Source: Candidatus Methanomethylicia archaeon
GTDB lineage: Archaea > Thermoproteota > Methanomethylicia > Nezhaarchaeales > B40-G2
Assembly: GCA_029259155.1 (NCBI GenBank)
Contig: JAPDJI010000021.1
Span: 1-49,007 of the forward strand
Reading direction: 5' to 3'
Length of the DNA stretch: 49,007 nucleotides
In this document: positions 35,583 through 44,420 of the stretch, piece after piece
How the letters are laid out: every line of letters starts with the position of its first letter
Position numbering within the stretch: position 1 is the stretch's first letter
Position numbers and translations under genes: made by a program
Notes under the pieces: model-generated
The model's input: the letters and a program-made list of their open reading frames with translations, nothing else
The model's database searches: none
What the model was told of the DNA's origin: nothing

Positions 35583-36857
35583 TTAAAGTTGAACGAGCCA
35601 AGCAACGCTATCTGTTGCTGCTGTATAGGTGCCTGCGAGCACCCACTGAGGTTCTCCGTCAACCTCCATGATGACCCATAGGTTGTAATCACCTATCTCT
35701 CTGTCACCGGCTTCGTTTAGCTTTATCCAGCCGCTCGCTCCGAATGTAGATTCAGCCACTGTCGGTAATATAGCCTTGATGGCGTCGGCATCGTACTCGC
35801 CAGCAATCATGATGCTCTTAAATACAACCCAGAGCGCATCGTAGGCATTGTAAGCGTAGGGGTCAGGGATTCTTTGTAGTTCCGCCTCCATGGCCTCCTT
35901 CAGCTCTGTCAGCTTCTCCGACTCCACTGGCGCGAAATACGTGTTCACGAACTTCGTCTCGATGGCGAACTGCGCTGCTACAGGGTCTTCGAGTATAGCG
36001 CTTGATAGACATGTTCCATCACTGCCGAACCACCTCACCTGCTTAAGTATGGGGTACTGGTCTGCCTGGTCAAAGAATGTGGCTGCTTCCTCGAACGCTA
36101 CGAAGTAGACGCCCACCTGATCCGCGCCGTAGATATTCACAGCCTCCTCCACCATGTCCGCTAGGGTGCTTACCTCAGCCGTGAACTCTCTAGCCTCAGG
36201 CGAGTACATGATGCCCTCTGCGACGGTCCCTCCAAGTTCTTCGAACCTTGCCATAGCCGCCTCTACTAGGCCAACACCCCAAGCATCGCCTCTATAGACC
36301 GGTATCACGTACCTAACTCCGCTGTCCCAGATCACCCTAGCCATGGCGGGACCCTGCTTGGTATCGTCGGGACAGAACCTGAAGACATAGTCGTCAGCTA
36401 TTGCTAAGTCGGGTGCCGTTGAAGACGGGCTTATAACGAGTATCTTGTTGGTATCTGCATAAGTCTTACAGTTTCTAACCTCAGCGCTGGACATTAGTCC
36501 TATGACTACTTGTACTCCTTGAGCAGCTAGGTCTTGAAGCTTGCTTAAGGCAACGTCTGGCTTCGTCTCGCTATCCATGAAGAGCACCTCAATCCTGACG
36601 GGTGAGTCGCAGGCTTCCAACATGGCGTTTATCTCCTGCTCTGCTATCTCCAATGCCACCTTCTCGTTTTCAGCGTAGGTGGCTAAACCGCCGGTTAAGC
36701 TGAGTATAGCCCCTATCTTGATGGTACCTGAAAGCGCGGGTACCTCAACCTCCTCGGTTACGACTTCAACTCTCGGTGGAGCTGCTGCGTAGCCTATGCC
36801 AGCGCCTACCAGTAAACCCACTATAAACAATACAGCTAAGACGGCTTTCCCTTCCAT
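35583..36857 (-). CDS. branched-chain amino acid-type ABC transporter substrate-binding protein (LivK/PBP1 family)
   Basis: N-terminal TM, IKIGAILSLTG, SPSSTAP, FRFCPDD and AYDA. Confidence 0.9.
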   Translation of the reverse strand: MEGKAVLAVLFIVGLLVGAGIGYAAAPPRVEVVTEEVEVPALSGTIKIGAILSLTGGLATYAENEKVALEIAEQEINAMLEACDSPVRIEVLFMDSETKPDVALSKLQDLAAQGVQVVIGLMSSAEVRNCKTYADTNKILVISPSSTAPDLAIADDYVFRFCPDDTKQGPAMARVIWDSGVRYVIPVYRGDAWGVGLVEAAMARFEELGGTVAEGIMYSPEAREFTAEVSTLADMVEEAVNIYGADQVGVYFVAFEEAATFFDQADQYPILKQVRWFGSDGTCLSSAILEDPVAAQFAIETKFVNTYFAPVESEKLTELKEAMEAELQRIPDPYAYNAYDALWVVFKSIMIAGEYDADAIKAILPTVAESTFGASGWIKLNEAGDREIGDYNLWVIMEVDGEPQWVLAGTYTAATDSVAWLVQL

Positions 36858-36905
36858 TTCAAGTCCACCCTTAATGTAATAAGAGTTTCCTTCTAAGGTT
36901 TTATA

Positions 36906-36921
36906 AGACTTATCTAAGTCT
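36906..36921. promoter_or_regulatory. 7-2-7 perfect inverted repeat over the BRE/TATA of the divergent liv promoters
   Basis: AGACTTA-TC-TAAGTCT next to the minus-strand CTTATAAAA. Confidence 0.5.
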
Positions 36922-37001
36922 CGCTGCGGGAACTTAATTCTCGATGTGGGGGGAGCGAAGCTTTTTAAAGTCTCCTATGTGTAAGCTCTGACTGGTCTTT
37001 C

Positions 37002-37952
37002 ATGGTTATTGATCCCATCTACGGCGATGCTCTGGTCTTTGCCAGCCTCCTTACTCTACTCAGTCTTGGCTTAACCCTCACTTTTCTTACCACTAAGGTA
37101 CCTAACTTTGCTCACGGCAGCTTCGCCACGGTAGGTATGTACGTAACCCTCACTTTTTCTAAGGTGTACGGTATTAGCCCTTACATAGGTTCGTCGCTAG
37201 CTTTCGTCTTCGGAGCCTTGACTGCATTGACCCAATACCTAGCCATCCTGCGACCTTTGATCCGGCGGGGGGCTTCTATTATCACATTGATGGTAGCTAC
37301 GATAGCCTTCGACTTCATACTCCTAGCCAGCTTGAATATATATGCAGACTACCTCACGAGGGTGCTTGAGATCAAAGCCAGGTACTTTAACCTTAGGATA
37401 GAGGACTTCATCCTCTTCAATGTAAGGGGCCTCTTGTTGGTAGCGCCCTTCCTAGTCTTAGTCGTGGCTATAACTCTCCATCTCTGTTTGACTAAAACTA
37501 AGTTTGGTGTTGCTATGAGGGCAGCTATAGAGAATCCTTCCCTAGCCGGTACGTTAGGGATTAACGTGGATCTAGTTTACCAGGTTTCTTGGATACTTGC
37601 TGGAGGATTAGCTGGTCTAGCCGGAGGTTTAATGCCTCTCTGGTTTATAGGGAACCCTGATACGGGCTCCTTCCTCTTAATAAGCATCTTCGCCGCTAGC
37701 GTGGCGGGCGGTTTCTATAGCATCTACGGCGGTTTTGTGGGAGGCTATGTAGTAGGCTTAGCTGAGGTATTGGGCACCAACTTCCTAGCTAAGACCGTCG
37801 GTCCATGGATAATCCCCTACCGCCCGGTAATTCCGTTGATGGCCATGGCCATAGTCTTGATGGTCTTTCCTCAAGGCATAACAGGTCTATTGTCTGGGGT
37901 TAAGTGGTCAATGAGGTTGAAAGAAATCGTTAAGAGGTGGTCTAGCCATTGA
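37002..37952 (+). CDS. livH: branched-chain amino acid ABC transporter permease
   Basis: GLTL, NFAHG, TKFGVAMRA and GIN motifs. Confidence 0.9.
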   Translation: MVIDPIYGDALVFASLLTLLSLGLTLTFLTTKVPNFAHGSFATVGMYVTLTFSKVYGISPYIGSSLAFVFGALTALTQYLAILRPLIRRGASIITLMVATIAFDFILLASLNIYADYLTRVLEIKARYFNLRIEDFILFNVRGLLLVAPFLVLVVAITLHLCLTKTKFGVAMRAAIENPSLAGTLGINVDLVYQVSWILAGGLAGLAGGLMPLWFIGNPDTGSFLLISIFAASVAGGFYSIYGGFVGGYVVGLAEVLGTNFLAKTVGPWIIPYRPVIPLMAMAIVLMVFPQGITGLLSGVKWSMRLKEIVKRWSSH

Positions 37953-39079
37953 TCCCCCCTGAATACCTATTCTTGCTTGACCTAGCGGGCACCTTTGCCC
38001 CCTATATTATCATTACGCTTAGCTTGAACCTCGAGTATGGTTATGGGGGTATTCCGAACTTTGGTAAGGCGCTAGCTGTGGCCTGTGGAGCTTTTGTAGC
38101 AGGCTTCTTTCCTGGCAGGCTTGCTGCTGAATTATTGAATCTTGGGGCAGGTTTTGACCCTATGCGTTACATTAGAGAGAACTCCATCGTGGTCACGGAG
38201 ATAAACCGAGTACTTGCAAGTGATGCCTTGTTTGGGGCTGGTCTACTTACGTTAACCCTTATTTTAGCTATAGTTATAGGTGCGCTGCTAGGTCTAGTAG
38301 TATTCTACTCTTTCGTTAAGCTTCGAGCAGAGTTCTTAGCCATGGTCCTTCTCGCTGCAGCTGAGGTCCTCCTCTTAATAGGATACAATTATCCTCCTCT
38401 CGTTGGAGGTACCTTGGGGGTTAGCCTACCTGACCCATTCATATGGGCAGGAGAATATAGATTCGTGGCTGTGACCATTTTCCTCCTCATCATGGCTGTC
38501 GCTGTTTTTCTTTACGTCCATAAACTAATGAAGTCCCCGCTAGGCAGGTTGTTAAAGGCGGTCAGAGACGACGAGAACGCTGCTCTGGCCTTTGGCAAGG
38601 ACGTGACCAAGATTAGGATGAAGGCGTTTGTGACGTCATCGGCCATAGCCTCCCTGGGAGGAGCTCTCTACGCTTTTTATACCGGTAGCGTGATAGCCAT
38701 TGCATATAATAGGGTGAGCTGGACTTTCTGGCCTTGGGTCATGGTGATACTTGGCGGCGCAGCTAATAACGTGGGCGTAGTACTCGGCACGTTTACATTT
38801 GTAGCCGTAAGGAAACTTATAATACGTTACAAGTATCAGCTAAGCCCCTTCCTACCTTTTGATGTTGTGTGGTTAGATATGTTGCTTCTAGGTATTGCCT
38901 TGCTCTTCATCCTCCTATACAGGCCTGAAGGGCTTATCCCAGAGAAACCTGTTAGGACGCTTTCCCTCGAAAAGCTGATGAAGTATGTAGGGCCTAAACC
39001 AGCTAGGAAGGCTGGTATACCGATTTCTGTGGAGAGGGTTAAATCTATACTTAAAAAGGGTGGAAGGGGCCTTAGCTAA
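37949..39079 (+). CDS. livM: branched-chain amino acid ABC transporter permease
   Basis: LSLNLEYGYGG, SPLGRLLKAVRDDE, VILGG and RPEGL motifs. Confidence 0.9.
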   Translation: MIPPEYLFLLDLAGTFAPYIIITLSLNLEYGYGGIPNFGKALAVACGAFVAGFFPGRLAAELLNLGAGFDPMRYIRENSIVVTEINRVLASDALFGAGLLTLTLILAIVIGALLGLVVFYSFVKLRAEFLAMVLLAAAEVLLLIGYNYPPLVGGTLGVSLPDPFIWAGEYRFVAVTIFLLIMAVAVFLYVHKLMKSPLGRLLKAVRDDENAALAFGKDVTKIRMKAFVTSSAIASLGGALYAFYTGSVIAIAYNRVSWTFWPWVMVILGGAANNVGVVLGTFTFVAVRKLIIRYKYQLSPFLPFDVVWLDMLLLGIALLFILLYRPEGLIPEKPVRTLSLEKLMKYVGPKPARKAGIPISVERVKSILKKGGRGLS

Positions 39080-39092
39080 GTCTTAGGGATTT

Positions 39093-40250
39093 ATGGTGAG
39101 CATAAGCAGGGTCTTAGCAGCCTGCTGGCTTTCATGGCTACTGAACTTCTCCTATAGGATGTTCGTACCGACGATTCTCCCAGCCTTAAAAGATGAGCTT
39201 AAGCTTAGCGACTTCCTATGCTCTCTTCTCTTAACCTGTCTCTTAGCTGGTTACTCCTTAGCTGTAGCGCTTTCAGGTTTACTTGCATTTAAGTTTGGTA
39301 GACGGCGTACCATAGGCCTCTCGCTCATGGTATCCTCGTTATCCTCCTTCCTAGTTCCTTTTTCATCCTCACTGCCTGTACTGGCTTTCCTCTTATTCAT
39401 CGCAGGCGTGGGGTTAGGCTTGTATCTTCCATCAGCCCTATCTCTGCTCTCCGACCTCTCAGAGCCTAGACATAGAGGTAAGATCATAGGTATACATGAA
39501 ACAGCTGCGCCCACGGGTCAGGTACTGGGGCCCATGGTAGCTTGGTTCCTATTATCTCAAGGCTATACATGGAGGCAGTGTGCCATCATCTGGCCTCCAC
39601 TGCTACTAACGTTATCTCTTCCTTTTCTAACAAGTGGACCCGAGCCAAGCCTCAAGCGAATACATGGGCGTTCCATACCTATCCCCCTAGAGTTTTACCT
39701 CCTCGCGTTAGCCACCTACCTCTGCATGACCTCTGGAACTGGCCTCATATCTATGGTACCTCTCTACCTCTCGGTTTCCTTCGGCCTCTCAGCAGCCGCC
39801 GCTGCCTTTATTGTTGGTTTTTCAAGAATCACAGGCATACTAGGACAGCTCGTCGGTGGTCATCTATCTGACAAGCTGGGTAGGAGAAGACTTTTAGCAG
39901 CAAGCGTAGTCTTAACCGCTGGATCTACCTTAGCCTTCTCCCTACTACCCTACGGTACTCCTTTAATAGGGACGCTATTACTCATGGCAGCCTCCCATAA
40001 CGCTTTCTTCCCAGTGTTCTTCGCTTTCTTATCTGACGTGACCCCTTCCAGCGAAAGGAGCATGATGTTCAGCGTTATGTTGGCGCCTGGTGCCGTCATG
40101 GGTGCCGGTGTAACCCCGTTCATCATGGGCTGGCTAGCCGACTCCTATGGATATACCATCGCTCTTGCTTATCCTACTTCTCTAGCCTTACTCGCTATCC
40201 CTTTGGTAATATTCGTCACTCAGTCTTTAAAAGCTCACTTTAGAGCTTGA
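39093..40250 (+). CDS. MFS transporter
   Basis: About 12 TM segments; GLLAFKFGRR and GHLSDKLGRR motif A. Confidence 0.9.
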   Translation: MVSISRVLAACWLSWLLNFSYRMFVPTILPALKDELKLSDFLCSLLLTCLLAGYSLAVALSGLLAFKFGRRRTIGLSLMVSSLSSFLVPFSSSLPVLAFLLFIAGVGLGLYLPSALSLLSDLSEPRHRGKIIGIHETAAPTGQVLGPMVAWFLLSQGYTWRQCAIIWPPLLLTLSLPFLTSGPEPSLKRIHGRSIPIPLEFYLLALATYLCMTSGTGLISMVPLYLSVSFGLSAAAAAFIVGFSRITGILGQLVGGHLSDKLGRRRLLAASVVLTAGSTLAFSLLPYGTPLIGTLLLMAASHNAFFPVFFAFLSDVTPSSERSMMFSVMLAPGAVMGAGVTPFIMGWLADSYGYTIALAYPTSLALLAIPLVIFVTQSLKAHFRA

Positions 40251-41800
40251 TAGTGTTTGAAGAACCAGATGGAGGTCACTAAGGAAGCTACTATTAATGA
40301 ATAAATGAACAACGAGAGGACAGATGCGTTCTTCGAGATCCAAGTAGCGACTTTCACGGAGGCTTCAGCCAGCGCGAAGAGACCAGCCTCCTCTAGCTGG
40401 TAAGAGATCTTTAGGAACAGGCGGGCTATCATTCTAGCTGGCTGACACCATGAAGGCAGTCCCTCTGCCTGTCTCTCAGCTAGTAATCTTGCCTCTGATA
40501 GGTCCATGGGGGGTAGCTCGAAGCCCCACTCTCTGAACCTTTCAAAGAGGCTTTGGTTAGCGGCTAAGCTTAGGCACTCTATGACAGTTACGTCGTCTGA
40601 AACTTCACCCTTAGCAGCTACGTAGTTAAAGAAATCGTGGTAAAAATTGAGGCCTCCAAACTCGTCGCCTAGCGTCTTGAAGATATGGTATGAGGCAGCG
40701 TAGTAAGGAGTTAGGTCTCCTTGTTGTTCGAAGCTCCAGTCCTGTATAAAGCCTAAATTGTTTAGGTTGGAGGCGATCTCCACAATTTCTTCTTCGTGTT
40801 CCTCTACGCCTTCACCTAGGCCCATGTTTTTACCTAGCTCTATGCTAATGTATTCAGCTAGCCCTTCATGTACCCAGAGCCTTGAAGGCTGTATACCTAC
40901 CTTCCAGAGGAAGTGATGTACAAGCTCGTGTAGGGCTATGAGCTCCATTGTGCCCTCCACGGCTCTGACATAGAAGAGGTTCAAGTTTATCGCTCCAGGC
41001 CTTCCAGCCCTAAACGGCACAAAGCCTCCTACCCCTGAAGCCACGTCCTCCATACTGGGTACGTAAAGTTTCACTTCGATTTCCTCGAGTTCAACTTCAA
41101 AGATTTCTTGTAGTGAAGGGTAGACCTCGCTGTAGAGTGATAGGTAGTGTTGAGCTAGATCCATGTAACGGCTGGCGGCTTCGACCCTAAAACAACCCTC
41201 AGTTAAGGTTATGAGGTTCGCTTGTAGGTTAGGTAGGGTAAACTCGATCGCTAATCTTCCAGAGCTCGGTGGATCTTCTACTTCAACCCATACTCTGCCC
41301 CCTACTTCCCTTATGGTGTAACCTCCATCAACACCGTACACACTTGCGTCTAAGCTGCTTCCCAGCGGTAGCGCTACGACTATCTCTAAGTCATCTTGAG
41401 GGTTAGAGCTGATCTGCGTGGAGAAGAAGAATCCGAAGGGTTCTTCTATGAAAGCTACGTAGCTGGCATTGTAAGTTATCTTAAGCTCGAACCCTTCCTT
41501 CCCGGGGATGTAGGTAAATGAGAAGTTTTCATAAAAGGCATAGCTTATGGGATAGGCTTCACTCAGGTTTGACTGCGTTATATTGCCCTTAACAACCTCA
41601 CATATCCAATGAGTGAAGTTCTTAGGAACTAATAGCCAAGAGCTTCCTGGCGTAGGTGAGGAAAAGGTTATTGTTACATTGGCCGCTCCATCAGAGTCCA
41701 CAATATAGGAATACTTGTAACCTCCTCCCTCTACGTTAAGGGAGGCGGCTACCATAAATAAGGCCAACGTGACCAATACGGCGCTGATCCACCGCTTCAC
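40235..41800 (-). CDS. secreted, membrane-anchored gluzincin-type Zn metallopeptidase
   Basis: Signal peptide, HELVH followed by WVHEGLAEY, C-terminal TM. Confidence 0.8.
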   Translation of the reverse strand: MKRWISAVLVTLALFMVAASLNVEGGGYKYSYIVDSDGAANVTITFSSPTPGSSWLLVPKNFTHWICEVVKGNITQSNLSEAYPISYAFYENFSFTYIPGKEGFELKITYNASYVAFIEEPFGFFFSTQISSNPQDDLEIVVALPLGSSLDASVYGVDGGYTIREVGGRVWVEVEDPPSSGRLAIEFTLPNLQANLITLTEGCFRVEAASRYMDLAQHYLSLYSEVYPSLQEIFEVELEEIEVKLYVPSMEDVASGVGGFVPFRAGRPGAINLNLFYVRAVEGTMELIALHELVHHFLWKVGIQPSRLWVHEGLAEYISIELGKNMGLGEGVEEHEEEIVEIASNLNNLGFIQDWSFEQQGDLTPYYAASYHIFKTLGDEFGGLNFYHDFFNYVAAKGEVSDDVTVIECLSLAANQSLFERFREWGFELPPMDLSEARLLAERQAEGLPSWCQPARMIARLFLKISYQLEEAGLFALAEASVKVATWISKNASVLSLFIYSLIVASLVTSIWFFKHYQALK

Positions 41801-41917
41801 TTTAAATCCCTTTTAAAGAGCCACGTTGCCTGGGAAAAAGCTTCCTCAACTTTTATGAAAGCCTTTTAAGGGTATCTTCGTTATTGGCGACTGAACCAGT
41901 TTGGGTGGTTGATGTAG

Positions 41918-43033
41918 TTGGATACTCGACTCCAGCTCTTTAAGGAAGCCTTCATTAAGAGACACGAGAAAGGCAGGGAGCTGAAAGCGAAGGGTAAGCG
42001 CCTTTTGGGGTGGATTTGTACCTATGTTCCCGAAGAGCTGATAATGGCTGCCGGCGCTATACCTGTAAGAGTCACTGGTCCCCTCGGCGACACCCCTAGA
42101 GCCAACTCTTATCTTCCATCTAACACGTGCTCGACCATGAGGAGCTGTCTAGACGCAGCGTTAGCGAAGACTTACGACTACCTTGAAGGAGTAGTGTTCT
42201 CTAATAGCTGCGACAACATGGGGAGGTGCTTCGATATATGGCGAAACCATAGCGGCTACTCTTACCTACACTTCTTCAACACTCCGCACTCTAGGAGCAA
42301 GAACGCTTTCAGACTATACCTTTATGAGCTGGAGAGGTTTAAGGTGAGCCTTGAAGCCCTCCTTAACGTAAACATAACTGACGAAGCTATACGGAACGCA
42401 ATTAGGCTCCTCAACGAGGAGCGCGAGCTCTTGACAAAGCTATATGAGCTCAGAGCTGAGAACCTTCCGCCGCTCATGGGGACAGACGCCTTTTTCGTAG
42501 TTGCCTCAGCCATGACCTTACCCAAGGAAGAGAGCATAGAGCTTTTGAGGAAGCTTCTAGAGGAACCTCCTAAACCTCTCCAAGACCTTAAAGATAGGCC
42601 TAGGATACTTGTGTCTTGCAGCTTCATAGATGATGAAGCTAAACTAGTCAATCTAATTGAGGAGTCGGGCGGAGTGGTGGTCGTTGATGACTCATGCTGC
42701 GGGATGAGGTACTTCAAAGACATCGTTGAGGAGGCTAAACCACCACTGCAAGCTATTGCTGAGAGGTACCTCAATAAGGTCCCCTGCCCATTCATGGAGC
42801 ACTATGAAGACAGGTTTAAGCACGTCAAAGACCTGATTAAACGATATAACGTCCAGGGGGTCATCTATTACTGCGTGAAGTTCTGTGACGTCCACCTCTT
42901 CGACGCCCCTATGTTAATGGAGGAGCTCAGAGAAATGGGCATACCCTGCATTTTCCTGGACTGGAGCCACACAGAGTTGGATTGGTCTCCACTCAAAACA
43001 AGGGTGGAGGCTTTTATAGAGTCTTTGAGGTGA
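41918..43033 (+). CDS. 2-hydroxyacyl-CoA dehydratase / benzoyl-CoA reductase family subunit (HgdB/BcrC/BzdN-like)
   Basis: YVPEELIMAAG, CS..RSC, NSCD, KFCD and KTRVEAFIE motifs. Confidence 0.88.
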   Translation: MDTRLQLFKEAFIKRHEKGRELKAKGKRLLGWICTYVPEELIMAAGAIPVRVTGPLGDTPRANSYLPSNTCSTMRSCLDAALAKTYDYLEGVVFSNSCDNMGRCFDIWRNHSGYSYLHFFNTPHSRSKNAFRLYLYELERFKVSLEALLNVNITDEAIRNAIRLLNEERELLTKLYELRAENLPPLMGTDAFFVVASAMTLPKEESIELLRKLLEEPPKPLQDLKDRPRILVSCSFIDDEAKLVNLIEESGGVVVVDDSCCGMRYFKDIVEEAKPPLQAIAERYLNKVPCPFMEHYEDRFKHVKDLIKRYNVQGVIYYCVKFCDVHLFDAPMLMEELREMGIPCIFLDWSHTELDWSPLKTRVEAFIESLR

Positions 43034-43039
43034 AGAACC

Positions 43040-44290
43040 ATGTCTAAACCTTCACGTGCGAGAGGCTTAGAGACGACGAAAGGCTTCTTTAGAAACTATG
43101 TGAGGCCCTACTTTGAAGAGGGACATAGAGCCAAGGAAGAGGGTAAGCCCGTCGGCTGGTTCTTCTCCACTTTCCCCGTAGAGATAGCTCAAGCCTTCGA
43201 TGTATACCCTATATGGCCGGAGCAGTACGCTTGTCTTCAAGGGGCTCTCCAAGTATCCGTGAAGTACTGTGAGGTAGCGGAGGGTAAGGGTTTCTCTAAG
43301 GATTTATGCTCTTACGCTAGGAACACGATAGGCAGCATTCTAGACCCTAAGGAGGCTCCACTTGGCGGGATGCCTAAGCCAGACTTTATCTTCGCAGCGT
43401 CCACTGCCTGCGATACTCACCTTAAGTGGAGCCAGGTACTGAGCAGGATGTTCAAGGTCCCATACTTCTATCTAGATGTACCTTACAACGTCTCAGGTGC
43501 TGACTCGCAGGACTTAGAGAAGGAGTACGTGGAGATCTATGTGGCCGAACTTGAACGTCTCATCGAGTTCCTCGAGAAGCAGCTGGATACAAGGCTGGAC
43601 AAGAACAAGCTTAGAAGGACCATGGAGACCTCCATTAAGGCCAACGACCTCTGGATGGACATTATGGACCTACGCAAGGCAATACCCTGCCCTATGGGCG
43701 CCGAAGATGCATGGTCGGCAGTCTTCTTTGTGCTAGCTTGTCCAGGCAGCCAACTGGCCGTAGACTTCTACACGAAGCTTAAGGATGAGGTGGCGGCGAA
43801 GGTTAAGGAAGGTCAAGGCGTAGTTCCGGAGGAGAAGTATAGAGTGGCATGGGACAACCTACCACCCTGGTTCAACCTTGGCTTCTACGACTACTTGAAG
43901 AGCTTGGGCGTTGTCGTTGTCATAGAGATACCTAGCATCACATGGTCCGGCAGGCTGGACGCCTCTAAGCCGCTTGAGAGCTTAGCTCGAAGAGAGTTGG
44001 TTATCTACTCCAACTCCACCATGCCTTTCCGCATAAGACTCATGGATAGGCTAGTCGCTGAGTACAGCCTCGATGGCTTTATGCTTCCCACCAACTGGGG
44101 CTGCCGCTTCATGTCTATTGGCAACATCGACTTAAGGAACATGCTCTATGAACGGCACGGCATACCTAGCCTCATATTGGACTTAGACGCCACCGACTGG
44201 CGCCTCTTCTCGGAGGAGCAGGCTAAAGTTAGGATTGAAGGCTTCGTAGAAGCTATGGAAGCAGCTAAGGCGACGAGGCCTCGGAAATAA
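43040..44290 (+). CDS. 2-hydroxyacyl-CoA dehydratase / benzoyl-CoA reductase family subunit (HgdA/BcrB/BzdO-like)
   Basis: PVEIA.AFD, WPEQY, DLCSYAR, MPKPD, CD..LKW and RIEGFVE motifs. Confidence 0.88.
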   Translation: MSKPSRARGLETTKGFFRNYVRPYFEEGHRAKEEGKPVGWFFSTFPVEIAQAFDVYPIWPEQYACLQGALQVSVKYCEVAEGKGFSKDLCSYARNTIGSILDPKEAPLGGMPKPDFIFAASTACDTHLKWSQVLSRMFKVPYFYLDVPYNVSGADSQDLEKEYVEIYVAELERLIEFLEKQLDTRLDKNKLRRTMETSIKANDLWMDIMDLRKAIPCPMGAEDAWSAVFFVLACPGSQLAVDFYTKLKDEVAAKVKEGQGVVPEEKYRVAWDNLPPWFNLGFYDYLKSLGVVVVIEIPSITWSGRLDASKPLESLARRELVIYSNSTMPFRIRLMDRLVAEYSLDGFMLPTNWGCRFMSIGNIDLRNMLYERHGIPSLILDLDATDWRLFSEEQAKVRIEGFVEAMEAAKATRPRK

Positions 44291-44370
44291 TTTTTTCATT
44301 CTCACGTCTCTTTATAGAGAAACATATATTCTCTTCACGAAAGTTATAAATAAACAGCTTTGAAGATCTA

Positions 44371-44393
44371 AGTAATGGTTTTTAACCACTACT
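44371..44393. promoter_or_regulatory. 10-3-10 imperfect inverted repeat over a TATA-like element upstream of the acyl-CoA ligase
   Basis: AGTAATGGTT-TTT-AACCACTACT (9/10 arm match). Confidence 0.45.
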
Positions 44394-44420
44394 AATCTAT
44401 AGATATGGGGGGATAAGTAC

